Positions 1 to 9,203 of a stretch of 64,000 nt of DNA are shown one piece after another. The number at the start of each line of letters is the position of its first letter. Position 1 is the stretch's first letter. A program made the position numbers and the translations under genes. Below the pieces are notes generated by a model. The model was not told where the DNA came from, did no database searches, and worked only from the letters and a program-made list of their open reading frames with translations. The stretch is taken from positions 124,001-188,000 of IMG/VR virus record IMGVR_UViG_3300025536_000010, one strand, 5' to 3'.

Positions 1-105
1 CAACAGATCGCCCAGAAGATGAACCGCAGCCCCGGGGCCATCAGCCAGGCTAAGCTGCGCATCCAAAAGATGCTCGACGAGGTCAACGAACTCGGACTGA
101 GGTAA
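1..105 (+). CDS. 3' end of a sigma-factor region-4-like HTH protein (partial)
   Basis: Frame 1 reads QQIAQKMNRSPGAISQAKLRIQKMLDEVNELGLR* (TAA 103-105); resembles the sigma70 region 4 pattern EIAxxLxxSxxxVSQ. Confidence 0.55.
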   Translation, partial: QQIAQKMNRSPGAISQAKLRIQKMLDEVNELGLR

Positions 106-108
106 GCA

Positions 109-564
109 ATGCCAGCACCCAACCCGTCGCCCAAAGCCAGTATGGACCCGAACTTCGAGAAGCGCGTCGAGGAACTCAAGGAGGCCGCTAAGCAGGAGGC
201 CGTGGAGCGCAAGCTGGGCAAGCAAGTGAAGTGGTTCAGGCCCAAAGGCTGGACCGGCGGCGAGTTCGAGTACGAGCCCATGAGCCTGCCGTTCGACAGC
301 AACAAGGCCAACCAGGACTACAAGAGCGCCGTTCAGAGTCCAGACTCGCCAGGCACCAGCGGTGACATCATCGCCACGCAGACAATGGCTGAGTGCCTGG
401 CGGTCATGGAGCGCGGCTTCCGGCAGCGGCACACAATGCGGCGCTGTCGCGCGATGGCCCACCACCTGGGGCGGCGCAAGGGCCAGGGCGAGACACAGGG
501 CGTCTTCGGCAACAACTACCTGGACTACCTGCGCAGCGTGATGAAACAGTCCAGCAAGAAGTGA
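109..564 (+). CDS. hypothetical protein
   Basis: 151-aa ORF closely packed between neighbours, typical codon usage. Confidence 0.75.
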   Translation: MPAPNPSPKASMDPNFEKRVEELKEAAKQEAVERKLGKQVKWFRPKGWTGGEFEYEPMSLPFDSNKANQDYKSAVQSPDSPGTSGDIIATQTMAECLAVMERGFRQRHTMRRCRAMAHHLGRRKGQGETQGVFGNNYLDYLRSVMKQSSKK

Positions 565-571
565 GGACCGC

Positions 572-1054
572 ATGGCCACCGTCGTCGACTACGAGAACCG
601 GACTGCCGACCTGTCCGCCTTCCAGGGCGTGTTCCCGCATCTGCGTGGGCGTGAGCAGCTGCTGGCCCACGAACTGGTGCGGACCACGGACGGCGGCAGC
701 CTGGTCACCGGCGTCCTCAAGGGTGTCCAGCGCTTCCTCGTCATCCTGCTGACGCCGCGCGGCTCGAAGCTCTACCGACCCTCCGAGGGCACCTTTTTCA
801 TGACCGAGGCGCGGTTGGGGGCCTGGCGTACCCCGGCAGACGTCTCGACGGCGTTCTACGCCGCCCGCCTGCTAGCGGCCCGCCAGATGCGTGAAGTCGA
901 ACTGACCACGGACCCGCCCGACGAACGCTATGGTGTGGCGACCCTGAACGGGGTTACCCTGGTGGCCGATAAGGTGTCGATTCGCGTGGACTACGAAAGT
1001 CTGGCCGGCACCAAGGTCACCGTGATAACCCCGATTCAGGTGCCGATCAAATGA
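572..1054 (+). CDS. gp25/GPW-like baseplate wedge protein
   Basis: VQRFLVILLTPRGSKLYRPSEGT resembles the gp25 LxTxxGxRxxxPxxG motif; lies upstream of baseplate J-like gene. Confidence 0.7.
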   Translation: MATVVDYENRTADLSAFQGVFPHLRGREQLLAHELVRTTDGGSLVTGVLKGVQRFLVILLTPRGSKLYRPSEGTFFMTEARLGAWRTPADVSTAFYAARLLAARQMREVELTTDPPDERYGVATLNGVTLVADKVSIRVDYESLAGTKVTVITPIQVPIK

Positions 1055-1524
1055 TTGCGGACCTCCTGACGGACCTGTACCAGCCGGAGGCGAAGATCAT
1101 TAAACAACTGTACCAGCGCCACACGGATACCAGCGACCCAACGAAAGGTGACTGCTTTGCAACCTGCGTGGCGATGATCCTGGGTCTGCAACAAGACGAA
1201 GTACCTAACTTCTGCGGCATTGCGACGGACTGGTGGCCTGGGTTCCAGAAATGGTTAGAGGAGCGACACCTAGTCGCTATCGAGGTCAACCTGCCGCCTC
1301 CTCCCTGGAAAAACCTTGGGGCGCTGACACCAGGCGTGCCCGTCATCCTCACAGGTAAAAGCCCAAGGGGTGATTGGTTGCACTCGATTGTTGGCATGAC
1401 GCGGTGGGATGAAGGGTTTGAGATACTCTACGACCCACACCCGGCTGGTGGCGGGTTTGATGGGCCACTCAAACATGTGCTGTTCTTTGCAGCGCTCAGA
1501 CCAGACAAGGCAGGGAAGCCATGA
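1051..1524 (+). CDS. small papain-fold (C39-like) Cys-His-Asp protein
   Basis: GDCFATCVAMILG...WLHSIV...YDPHP; ATGA overlaps at both ends; visibly lower GC than flanks. Confidence 0.55.
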   Translation: MIADLLTDLYQPEAKIIKQLYQRHTDTSDPTKGDCFATCVAMILGLQQDEVPNFCGIATDWWPGFQKWLEERHLVAIEVNLPPPPWKNLGALTPGVPVILTGKSPRGDWLHSIVGMTRWDEGFEILYDPHPAGGGFDGPLKHVLFFAALRPDKAGKP

Positions 1525-3173
1525 TCGAACTCCGGCCGTTCTCGCAGCTGAATCCCGACGACGTGGCCCAGCAGCACGCTGAGGCCCTCCAGCGCGTCCA
1601 GGAGGACAACCCCAAGCTGGACCTGCGTCGAGGCGTATTCGCCGACCTCCTGATATACTACCATTCGATCCTGGCAGGCCAGGGTCAGATGAACATCAAA
1701 GACTACTGGCGGGCGCGCAGCCTCCAGGCGATGGAGGCCGACCCGGACCTGGCCACGGCCGACCCAGACCTGGTCGGCGACGTGATTTCTAACTTCAACG
1801 TCGCCCGGCAACCAGGGGCCAAAGCAACAGGCGAGGTCACCATCGTCGTTACCGACAGCATCACGGTGACCATCGGCATCGGGGCTGTTTTCGAGGCCCA
1901 GGGCCTGCGTTTCATTACCACGCGCGTCTTCACTGGCAAAACCTCCGGCCGGATCGACGACCCCGGCGACCGTTTGCTCACTCAGACGGCAGACGGTAAC
2001 TGGGCGTTCACCATCGAGGTCCAGGCCGAACAGGAAGGCGAGCAGTACCAGATCAAGAAGGACACGCTAATCGTACCGCTGGTGCTACCGCTCAACTATC
2101 GAACCTCGTTCGCCGCCAATGATTTCGAGGGCGGCTACCAGGCCGAGACGAACCAGGACTTGCTGCTGCGGCTCCAGGAAGGCGTAGCGGCGCGCGGCCT
2201 GGGCGGGCGCATCAACCAGACGGCCACGCTGCGCGCCGTCGAAGATTTCTCCAGAGTCATCGCCGTCTCCGTGGTCGGCTACGGGGACGCCGAGATGCTC
2301 CGCGACAAACACTGGGTTTTCCCGATCTCCGGCGGCGGCCGTGTCGATTGGTACGTCCGCAGCCAGGAAGAAGTGTTCCGCAAGAAACTGCTCAAAGAGG
2401 CCACGCTAATCTCCAAAACGGACAGCGGCGTCGGCACCTGGCAGGTTAGCATCGGCCGCGACGAGGCCCCTGGCTACTACGAGATCGACAACATCCGTCC
2501 CAAGGACTCCGGTAACGCAGTCGGCGGCTTCGAGATCCTGACGGACGAGCGCGTCGCCGACTTGACCGGCCCCGGGTTCGTCCCGGACGTCTTGGCGGAC
2601 AGCGACGAGTGGGTCTACACCCGCTTCCAGGCCGGTGTCGTCCAGTTCGTCGATACCGTGCAGAGCGCTGCGGCCCTGGCGCTAGGAGCCAAGCGTGAGT
2701 ACGAGCTAGAGGCCCGCTGTCTGCCTCTGGTCGCCGAGATCCAGGACACGTTCAGTACGCCGGACAGCCGACCCAAACCTTACGACTTGCTGGTCAAAGC
2801 CCCGGTGCCGTGTTTTCTCAACCTGACCTTCACTGTTTACAAGCGCTCCGGCGAGGCCGACCCGGACCTGGCAGCCATGAAAACGGCGCTATGTACGGAG
2901 GTCAACAGCGTTGGTTTCATAGGGCGGCTGTTCGCTAGCCAGCTGCACGACGTTATTCACGCTTATCTGCGGAACGACCAGACCGCTTCCGCCATCGACA
3001 TGTTTGGGCGTATCCGGTATCCTAGTGGTGAACCCGAATACGTCCGTGACAGCGAAAAACTCGAAGTACCGGACGACCCGGTAGCGCTGGTGAGTGCCAG
3101 GACGGTGCAGTTTTTCATCAGCCCCGAGGACATCAGTATCTCGGTCGAAACGTCTGTGCCGTCGAGTCTGTGA
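1521..3173 (+). CDS. baseplate J-like protein
   Basis: NFNVARQPGAKATGEVTI, VQAEQEGEQYQI, GGYQAETNQDLLLR, GGRVDWYV motifs typical of baseplate J/gp47. Confidence 0.8.
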   Translation: MIELRPFSQLNPDDVAQQHAEALQRVQEDNPKLDLRRGVFADLLIYYHSILAGQGQMNIKDYWRARSLQAMEADPDLATADPDLVGDVISNFNVARQPGAKATGEVTIVVTDSITVTIGIGAVFEAQGLRFITTRVFTGKTSGRIDDPGDRLLTQTADGNWAFTIEVQAEQEGEQYQIKKDTLIVPLVLPLNYRTSFAANDFEGGYQAETNQDLLLRLQEGVAARGLGGRINQTATLRAVEDFSRVIAVSVVGYGDAEMLRDKHWVFPISGGGRVDWYVRSQEEVFRKKLLKEATLISKTDSGVGTWQVSIGRDEAPGYYEIDNIRPKDSGNAVGGFEILTDERVADLTGPGFVPDVLADSDEWVYTRFQAGVVQFVDTVQSAAALALGAKREYELEARCLPLVAEIQDTFSTPDSRPKPYDLLVKAPVPCFLNLTFTVYKRSGEADPDLAAMKTALCTEVNSVGFIGRLFASQLHDVIHAYLRNDQTASAIDMFGRIRYPSGEPEYVRDSEKLEVPDDPVALVSARTVQFFISPEDISISVETSVPSSL

Positions 3174-3189
3174 CACAAGGAGGTGTACA

Positions 3190-4134
3190 GTGGTGGCGAT
3201 GGCCAATCGTAAAGCGGTCGACCTGCTCGTTGGACACATGAGCAAGTCGACCCGCACCATGTCTCGCACGTTCCGGGCCTACGAGCCCGATGAGCGTGTC
3301 GCCAACTTTAGCCTCTCGTACCTCGACGCTTTCGGCTATCTCAAGAACGAGCTTGAGAAGTGGAAAGACATCACCCTGGGCGACATCGTCGAAGCGGTGA
3401 AAGACTTCCAGGGCATGTTCGGCCTGCGCAAGAGCGGCCAGGTGTGCGTGAAGACCGTGCGGGCGATGGAGATGCCGCGCTGCGGCTGCCCGGATCACGT
3501 CCGCCCGTGGCAGAACTACGCGGCCGTGCGCAACTTCGCCAGGGCCAACCTGGCCAAGTGGCAGAAAGACAACCTCAAGTACGGTATCCAGGATTACCTG
3601 CCGGGGCTCTCAAAACCAGATTTTGAGAGTATCATCTACCAGTCCTTCCAGGCGTGGTGCCGCTACGGCCACGTCCAGGTCGAGCCGGTGCGGATGAACG
3701 AGCGCCCCGACATTATCATCGCAACCGGCCGTGGGCGCCAGTCGAACTTCGACGGCCCCGGCGGTACGCTGGCGTGGGCTTACTTGCCCAACGGCAACGA
3801 TCAGCAGCTGACAATGAAGTTCGACCTGGACGAGACGTGGACGCAAGACCCGACCATGCGCGGTGTTTTGCTCGACGCCGTCGCCAAGCACGAGTTCGGC
3901 CACCTGTTCGGGCTCGACCACAGTCGCGTCCAACAGGCACTCATGGCTGCCTACTACAACCCGGCGGTGCGGAACCCTCAGCAGAACGACGACATCCCTC
4001 GGTTCCAGGCCCGCTACGGCGTCAAGCAACCCGGCGACGACGGTGGCACGACCCCGCCTCCGTCTGGCAACAACCGCCGACTCATCCTTGAGGGAGTTTT
4101 CAGCGCCACGCTGGACGGTCAGAAGGTGGCGTAA
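3190..4134 (+). CDS. matrixin (M10) zinc metalloprotease with PG-binding-like prodomain and cysteine switch
   Basis: AVKDFQGMFGL, MEMPRCGCPD, FDGPGGTLAWAYLP, FDLDETW, HEFGHLFGLDHS, Met-turn ALM; SD AAGGAGG just upstream of GTG 3190 (ATG 3199 is an alternative start). Confidence 0.9.
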   Translation: MVAMANRKAVDLLVGHMSKSTRTMSRTFRAYEPDERVANFSLSYLDAFGYLKNELEKWKDITLGDIVEAVKDFQGMFGLRKSGQVCVKTVRAMEMPRCGCPDHVRPWQNYAAVRNFARANLAKWQKDNLKYGIQDYLPGLSKPDFESIIYQSFQAWCRYGHVQVEPVRMNERPDIIIATGRGRQSNFDGPGGTLAWAYLPNGNDQQLTMKFDLDETWTQDPTMRGVLLDAVAKHEFGHLFGLDHSRVQQALMAAYYNPAVRNPQQNDDIPRFQARYGVKQPGDDGGTTPPPSGNNRRLILEGVFSATLDGQKVA

Positions 4135-4145
4135 GGAGGGCCGGT

Positions 4146-5720
4146 ATGCGGCACCTCGTTCTCTTCCTGCTGCCGGTGCTAGCCAGCATTGCCCTGCTCG
4201 CACCGGCGCAGGAGGTCAGGCCCGTAACGCGCCCTGACCCTCCAGTCGAGAAACAGCCAGATCCGGCGATCGCGCGTCTCCGCGAAAGCGTCCAACCCGA
4301 GTTCCTTGAGTGGAGCCCGGACTACGTCGTGGAGCGCTGCGCCGAGTTCCTGGCCACGATCAACGAGAAAGACCGCTACCGCATTCGCCTGTTCAGCTTG
4401 GCCGACGTGCCCCGGCAGTACCTGCCGGCGGCCATCGCCGGTCTGTACTTCGGCACGAACAAAGTGGCCCGGGTGCCGTTCACCCAGGTTCCACGGCCAG
4501 TGCCGAACACGGACAACCGGATCTTCTGGGTTGACCTCTGCTGGTTCAACTGGAGCTATGAGGCGTGGGAGGCCGCGAGCGAGGAAGACCCGTACTTCCG
4601 TGAACCCATCGTCAGCAGTCACAACGAGGGCCTGAAATACCTCAAAGAACAAACGCGGGCCAACCCAGTCATCCGCGGTGACTGGTTCCTGTGGTACACC
4701 TTCGACAACACCGAGTTCCTGAAAGTCGGCGAGACGTTCAACGAGAAAGCGTTCTACTACCGCTTCCTCTACGCCAACGTCGAGTTCGAGCGCACGGTCG
4801 CCGAGAACGGCAAAACCGTCAAGAAAAAGGTGCGCGGTGTCGGCCCAGCCAACGCCCACGAGTTCCAGCAGGCATGGCTGGTCGAGTTCAGTCACCTGAA
4901 AGACTTTCCGACCGACATGGGTTTCATGGTGGACAAGCGTCGCTCGGGCGTGTCCTACGAGAACCGCATCGGTTGGCGGGTCCGCGGCAAGAACGGCAAC
5001 TACTGGCGCACCTTCGACGTGCTGCGCTCGGTCGGCGACCAGGACTTCGTGGAGACGCCCTTCCCGAAGCTGTTCGATGCCGGCGAGCACATCTTCCAGG
5101 ACGTGCGCGGCAACCAGGTTTACCACCTGACCAACGGGGCTGACAAGTCGACGGACATCGGCGACCCGCGTATCGTCCGTGACCATACCTCGGGCGCCCG
5201 CGTGCTGATGACCGCCGGGTCGTGCATCCATTGCCACGATACCGGCATCATCCCGTTCAAGAACGAACACCTGGTTCTGCAAGACATCGGCGACCAGCTG
5301 ATGGCTTACGATAAGGCCCGAGCAGATCGCTTCAAACAGTTCTATCTCCAGGACCGGCGTATGAAGCTGGCCGTGGAGGAGGACCAGCGGAACTTCACGG
5401 AGTTCATCAAGGACTGCAACGGGCTGACACCGCAAGAAAACGCCACGCAGTTCAGCCGTATCCGCGGTTGGTACATGCAGGACGTGACGCTCAAGCAGGC
5501 CGCCCGCGAACTGGGTGCGGGGATCGAAGAGTTCTCGGACGCCATTGGTTACCAGGCGACCAAGGGCCGTCTAGGCCGCCTGGTACTGGACGGGCGGGCA
5601 ATCCCGCGCTACACCTGGGAGCGCGGCGGCTTCCAGGAGGCCGGGCTGCTCTTGATTGAGTGGCGAAAAATGACGAAAATGGAACAAGATAAGCTCAAGG
5701 AAGGACGGCGTAACTACTAA
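4146..5720 (+). CDS. exported protein with a single CxxCH (putative c-type cytochrome)
   Basis: Signal peptide MRHLVLFLLPVLASIALLAPA; FDAGEHIF...GSCIHCHDTG; SD AAGGAGG. Confidence 0.75.
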   Translation: MRHLVLFLLPVLASIALLAPAQEVRPVTRPDPPVEKQPDPAIARLRESVQPEFLEWSPDYVVERCAEFLATINEKDRYRIRLFSLADVPRQYLPAAIAGLYFGTNKVARVPFTQVPRPVPNTDNRIFWVDLCWFNWSYEAWEAASEEDPYFREPIVSSHNEGLKYLKEQTRANPVIRGDWFLWYTFDNTEFLKVGETFNEKAFYYRFLYANVEFERTVAENGKTVKKKVRGVGPANAHEFQQAWLVEFSHLKDFPTDMGFMVDKRRSGVSYENRIGWRVRGKNGNYWRTFDVLRSVGDQDFVETPFPKLFDAGEHIFQDVRGNQVYHLTNGADKSTDIGDPRIVRDHTSGARVLMTAGSCIHCHDTGIIPFKNEHLVLQDIGDQLMAYDKARADRFKQFYLQDRRMKLAVEEDQRNFTEFIKDCNGLTPQENATQFSRIRGWYMQDVTLKQAARELGAGIEEFSDAIGYQATKGRLGRLVLDGRAIPRYTWERGGFQEAGLLLIEWRKMTKMEQDKLKEGRRNY

Positions 5721-5731
5721 GGAGGTCAGGG

Positions 5732-6484
5732 ATGACCGGAGCGCTCTTTCTGGCCCTGGCGCTCACGCCGGGTCAACACTGTTACTCGCCTCGGCCGGTG
5801 TACGGGTACTACAACAACTACTACCCGCAGACCTACTACCAGCCGGCGCACCAGGCGTACTACCCGCAACACCAGCCGGTCTACCCGGCCCAGAAAGTTA
5901 TCGCGCAAGATATTGCCGTGGCCCCGTTAATCGTTACGGTGCCCGTGGACTCGAAAGCGGTGCCGGTGCATGCGCACGGCTCGCCCTATTACTACTCGGC
6001 CAGCGACGCCTACCGCGAGAAGGCGTACCTCCGCGAAGTAATCCGCGAGGAACTGCGCGCCCTGGCTACCGGCAACGTGCCGCAGCAGAACACGCAGCCC
6101 GTACAACGGCAGCCGCAGCAGCAGGCGCAGCCGCCGGTCCAGCAGAACCAACCAGTCGTTGAACAGCAGCGCCTGGACGACGAGACGCCGATGGAGATCC
6201 AGACGCAAGTGCTGGCGGCCTACAACGGTACGGGCAAATGCGTCGAGTGCCACGGTGGCTCCGAGAAAGCGTCGGGGCGGCGTGGCCGCGAGTTCCGCCT
6301 GGTGCTGGACACAGAGAACGGACCACGGTTGGCATACCAACCGCCGGCCAAGCGTTGGGAGATCTACGGCATGGCCTCGGCCGGTGCAATGCCGCCGGCT
6401 GCCGCCAAAGACGCAGCCAAGGCGATGGAGACGAAGTTCCTGTCGATCATGCTCCAGTACGCCAGCTACAAGCCGCAGCAGTGA
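5732..6484 (+). CDS. exported protein with Y/Q/P-rich linker and planctomycete-type cytochrome c domain
   Basis: Hydrophobic N-terminus; KCVECHGG followed by distal AGAMPP (possible Met axial ligand); SD AAGGAGG. Confidence 0.7.
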   Translation: MTGALFLALALTPGQHCYSPRPVYGYYNNYYPQTYYQPAHQAYYPQHQPVYPAQKVIAQDIAVAPLIVTVPVDSKAVPVHAHGSPYYYSASDAYREKAYLREVIREELRALATGNVPQQNTQPVQRQPQQQAQPPVQQNQPVVEQQRLDDETPMEIQTQVLAAYNGTGKCVECHGGSEKASGRRGREFRLVLDTENGPRLAYQPPAKRWEIYGMASAGAMPPAAAKDAAKAMETKFLSIMLQYASYKPQQ

Positions 6485-6516
6485 TGGATGCAACTTACCT
6501 CGAAAGGAGTCCGGTT

Positions 6517-7194
6517 ATGAGCAAGAAGATTTTCGGACTGGGCCTGCTGATTTTCGGACTGGCAAGCCTTTGTCTCGTAAGCGACGCGGACGCCCGCGGT
6601 GTCCTCAGTCAGAGGAGCCAGCGGACCACGATTACCAGCCGCAGCAACGGTTTCCGCGACGTGCAGCGGATTCAGACGACCACGCGCAGCGGGTTCCTGG
6701 GCCTGAACCGCCGGCAGGAGAGCCTCACGATCATCAACGGCAACCGCGGCTTCCAGGAGGTACGGTTCCAGGATCGCGGCAGGCTTGGGCGCAACCGCGT
6801 CGACGAGATTCGTTTCCAGACCGGCCCGGCCTATGTAAACCAGCAGCTGCTGATCGACAACCACGCACGGCAGCGGCTTTTGCTGAATCGGCAGCACAGC
6901 TTTACGCACGCCCCCAGGAACAACGTGGCGAACATTCGCTTTATTGACCGGGGGCCAGTGTACCTGAACGCACCGCCTATTACGCGGGCGGAGATCCGGC
7001 AGGAATATGTCTACCGGCAACCAGCACAGGTAATTGAGCGGGTGGAGGTCGCTCCGCAGACTGCGGCGGACTGTGACTGCGAGCAGGTCGGTAACGCTCA
7101 GTACCAGACGGAAGCTATCGTGACGCGGCGCTACACCTACAGCCCGCAGCTGGCGCTCGAACGACGGCAGTTCATGCAGCACCACTGCCGCTAA
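6517..7194 (+). CDS. exported Arg/Gln-rich hypothetical protein
   Basis: SD AAAGGAG then MSKKIFGLGLLIFGLASLCLVSDADA signal peptide with AxA site. Confidence 0.75.
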   Translation: MSKKIFGLGLLIFGLASLCLVSDADARGVLSQRSQRTTITSRSNGFRDVQRIQTTTRSGFLGLNRRQESLTIINGNRGFQEVRFQDRGRLGRNRVDEIRFQTGPAYVNQQLLIDNHARQRLLLNRQHSFTHAPRNNVANIRFIDRGPVYLNAPPITRAEIRQEYVYRQPAQVIERVEVAPQTAADCDCEQVGNAQYQTEAIVTRRYTYSPQLALERRQFMQHHCR

Positions 7195-7229
7195 GCAAAG
7201 CGACACACGGACAACCCGGTTAAGGCCCT

Positions 7230-7265
7230 GGGGCGGGCGGGACAACCCGCCTGCCCCTTTTCTTT
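7230..7265 (+). terminator. intrinsic terminator
   Basis: GGGGCGGGCGGG-ACAA-CCCGCCTGCCCC stem followed by TTTTCTTT. Confidence 0.8.
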
Positions 7266-7276
7266 GGGAGGCACGG

Positions 7277-7645
7277 ATGCCTAAAGCGATCCCCGTGGTG
7301 GACCCCAAGGATCAGGACAAGATCAACGGCTGGGCGGTCGAGTGCCCAGCCTGCGGGAACTGCCACGTTTTCGATCTGGTACGCTGGAAGTTCAACGGCG
7401 ACGTCGAGAAGCCGACGTTCGCGCCGTCCATGTTGGTGCAGAGCGGACACTACTCGAAGTTTCACAAGCCCGGCGAAACGTGCTGGTGTGACTACAACAA
7501 AAAGAATCCCGACAACCCGGGTTTCGAGTGCAGCCGCTGCCACAGCTACCTGCGCGACGGCGTCTGGGAGTATCTGAACGACTCGACGCACGCGCTGAAA
7601 GGACAGAAGGTGCCCGCCCCGGACTGGAACTTGCCCCAACCCTAA
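7277..7645 (+). CDS. DUF6527-like Cys/His (probably Zn-binding) protein
   Basis: CPACGNCH...WKFNGDVEKPTFAPSML...CHSYLRDG...THALKGQ. Confidence 0.7.
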   Translation: MPKAIPVVDPKDQDKINGWAVECPACGNCHVFDLVRWKFNGDVEKPTFAPSMLVQSGHYSKFHKPGETCWCDYNKKNPDNPGFECSRCHSYLRDGVWEYLNDSTHALKGQKVPAPDWNLPQP

Positions 7646-7663
7646 AAAGTGGATTTTGGAACC

Positions 7664-9190
7664 ATGCCGTACAAGTTCCCCGCTTCGGACCTCGATTCCG
7701 CCCAAACGCTGCTGGCCTCGGTCGGTGGCTTCTGGAACGGCGTCTACCAGGGTTCCTTCCTGGTCGAGAGCCTGCTCTACGCCCGCGCCCGGTTAGAGGA
7801 ACAGACCCACCTCGACTTCCTGGAACTGCTGGCCTCGGTCAGCCGTTTCAAACTGCCGGTCTTCCATACGGACGTCTGGTACTTGCTGACGCTCAAAGAG
7901 AGCGAGCGGAACCAGGCCGAGGCCAACCTGGCTAAGTTCGACGGCACTTACACCTTCGAGAGCGGTATCGAGTACGACGTGCCGGTGGACACAGAGTTCC
8001 ACGTTTGGCAACTGCCCGCGGGCTTAGTGAACTTCAACCTGGCGCTCAACCGTATCACGGCTTCCAGCGTTAGCCTGGCCAAAGGCGTCGATTACTTCCT
8101 CAAAGACGGGGCCGTCTGGTTCCGCCAGAACCCCTTCGAGAACGACTTGGTCGCCAAGCGCGAGGTCTTCGAGGACGGCGTCATCACCGACCGCGAATGC
8201 GGCCTGTGGCTCTATCGCGGGCAGTGGGACTGGGACGCGGTCTACACCCAGTTCTCCTACGCGCTGGGTATGAAACTCAAGTCCTCCCAGGCTGCCAAGG
8301 ATCTCGTCAACGCGATCTTCGACGCCCTCACCCTGGGCTGCACCGACCGCTACCTCAACCGGGCCTTCTCGGCTGTCTGCGGCGTACCCTTGGCCAAGGG
8401 CGCGGAGACGGTCGAGCACACCTACACCGACCGCCGCGGCCTTTGGGTCGTAACGGACAAAAACGTCTATCGCTTCCACCAGGACGCCAACCTGCTTGTC
8501 GACGTCGGCGACGCCCTGGTCGAGGGCCAGGCGCTCACGGACGCCCTCCGCTTTTTCGAGTTCGGCCGCGGCCAGGTGCCCAGCGAGATCCGGGCGCTGT
8601 CGGTCGGCAAGGGTCTGCTAGCCGAAGGCTATTTCCAAGATCTCGTTTTCGAGAACAAAGAAGTCTCCACGGAGATCGACGAGGACCAGACCTGGACCCG
8701 CCTGACTTTCGAGGTCGGCGGTTTTCCGCTCGACGTGCAAAAGTTCTGGGACGACGTTCACCGCAAGGGCGTGGAGAGCGGACAGACCCTGGCCATGCTC
8801 CTGGACCGGCGGACCAACAAGACGGGCCAGCCCAAGGCGGCAGCGTTACCGCTGACGATCAACCCGCTGGGTTTCTTGCTCCAGAACGTGTTCCGCAACA
8901 ACCTCTTTGTGGTCCTGATCCGAGCCAACTGCCTCGGCCCTGATGCCTTGGGGCTCCAGCATGCCCGTTTCCTGCGCCGGATTCTGCCGCCGCACACCTG
9001 CTGTATCGTGCTGGCGCAGCTAGAAGCGACCGATGAGGTTACTATGGACGGACCAGGAGATGAAACAACTCCCGGTTACGAGGAAGACCTGGGCGTCTTC
9101 CTGGGACTCACCAACACCGAAGAAGTCGAAGGCCCGGACCAGATCGAAGAAGAACTGCGTGTCTTCCAGATCAACGGCCGCTGCCAATAG
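7664..9190 (+). CDS. putative baseplate/tail structural protein
   Basis: ~508-aa acidic ORF in the tail module; C-terminal LRRILPPHT resembles wedge-protein PAH-type motifs. Confidence 0.6.
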   Translation: MPYKFPASDLDSAQTLLASVGGFWNGVYQGSFLVESLLYARARLEEQTHLDFLELLASVSRFKLPVFHTDVWYLLTLKESERNQAEANLAKFDGTYTFESGIEYDVPVDTEFHVWQLPAGLVNFNLALNRITASSVSLAKGVDYFLKDGAVWFRQNPFENDLVAKREVFEDGVITDRECGLWLYRGQWDWDAVYTQFSYALGMKLKSSQAAKDLVNAIFDALTLGCTDRYLNRAFSAVCGVPLAKGAETVEHTYTDRRGLWVVTDKNVYRFHQDANLLVDVGDALVEGQALTDALRFFEFGRGQVPSEIRALSVGKGLLAEGYFQDLVFENKEVSTEIDEDQTWTRLTFEVGGFPLDVQKFWDDVHRKGVESGQTLAMLLDRRTNKTGQPKAAALPLTINPLGFLLQNVFRNNLFVVLIRANCLGPDALGLQHARFLRRILPPHTCCIVLAQLEATDEVTMDGPGDETTPGYEEDLGVFLGLTNTEEVEGPDQIEEELRVFQINGRCQ

Positions 9191-9203
9191 CGAGGAGGGA
9201 GCC

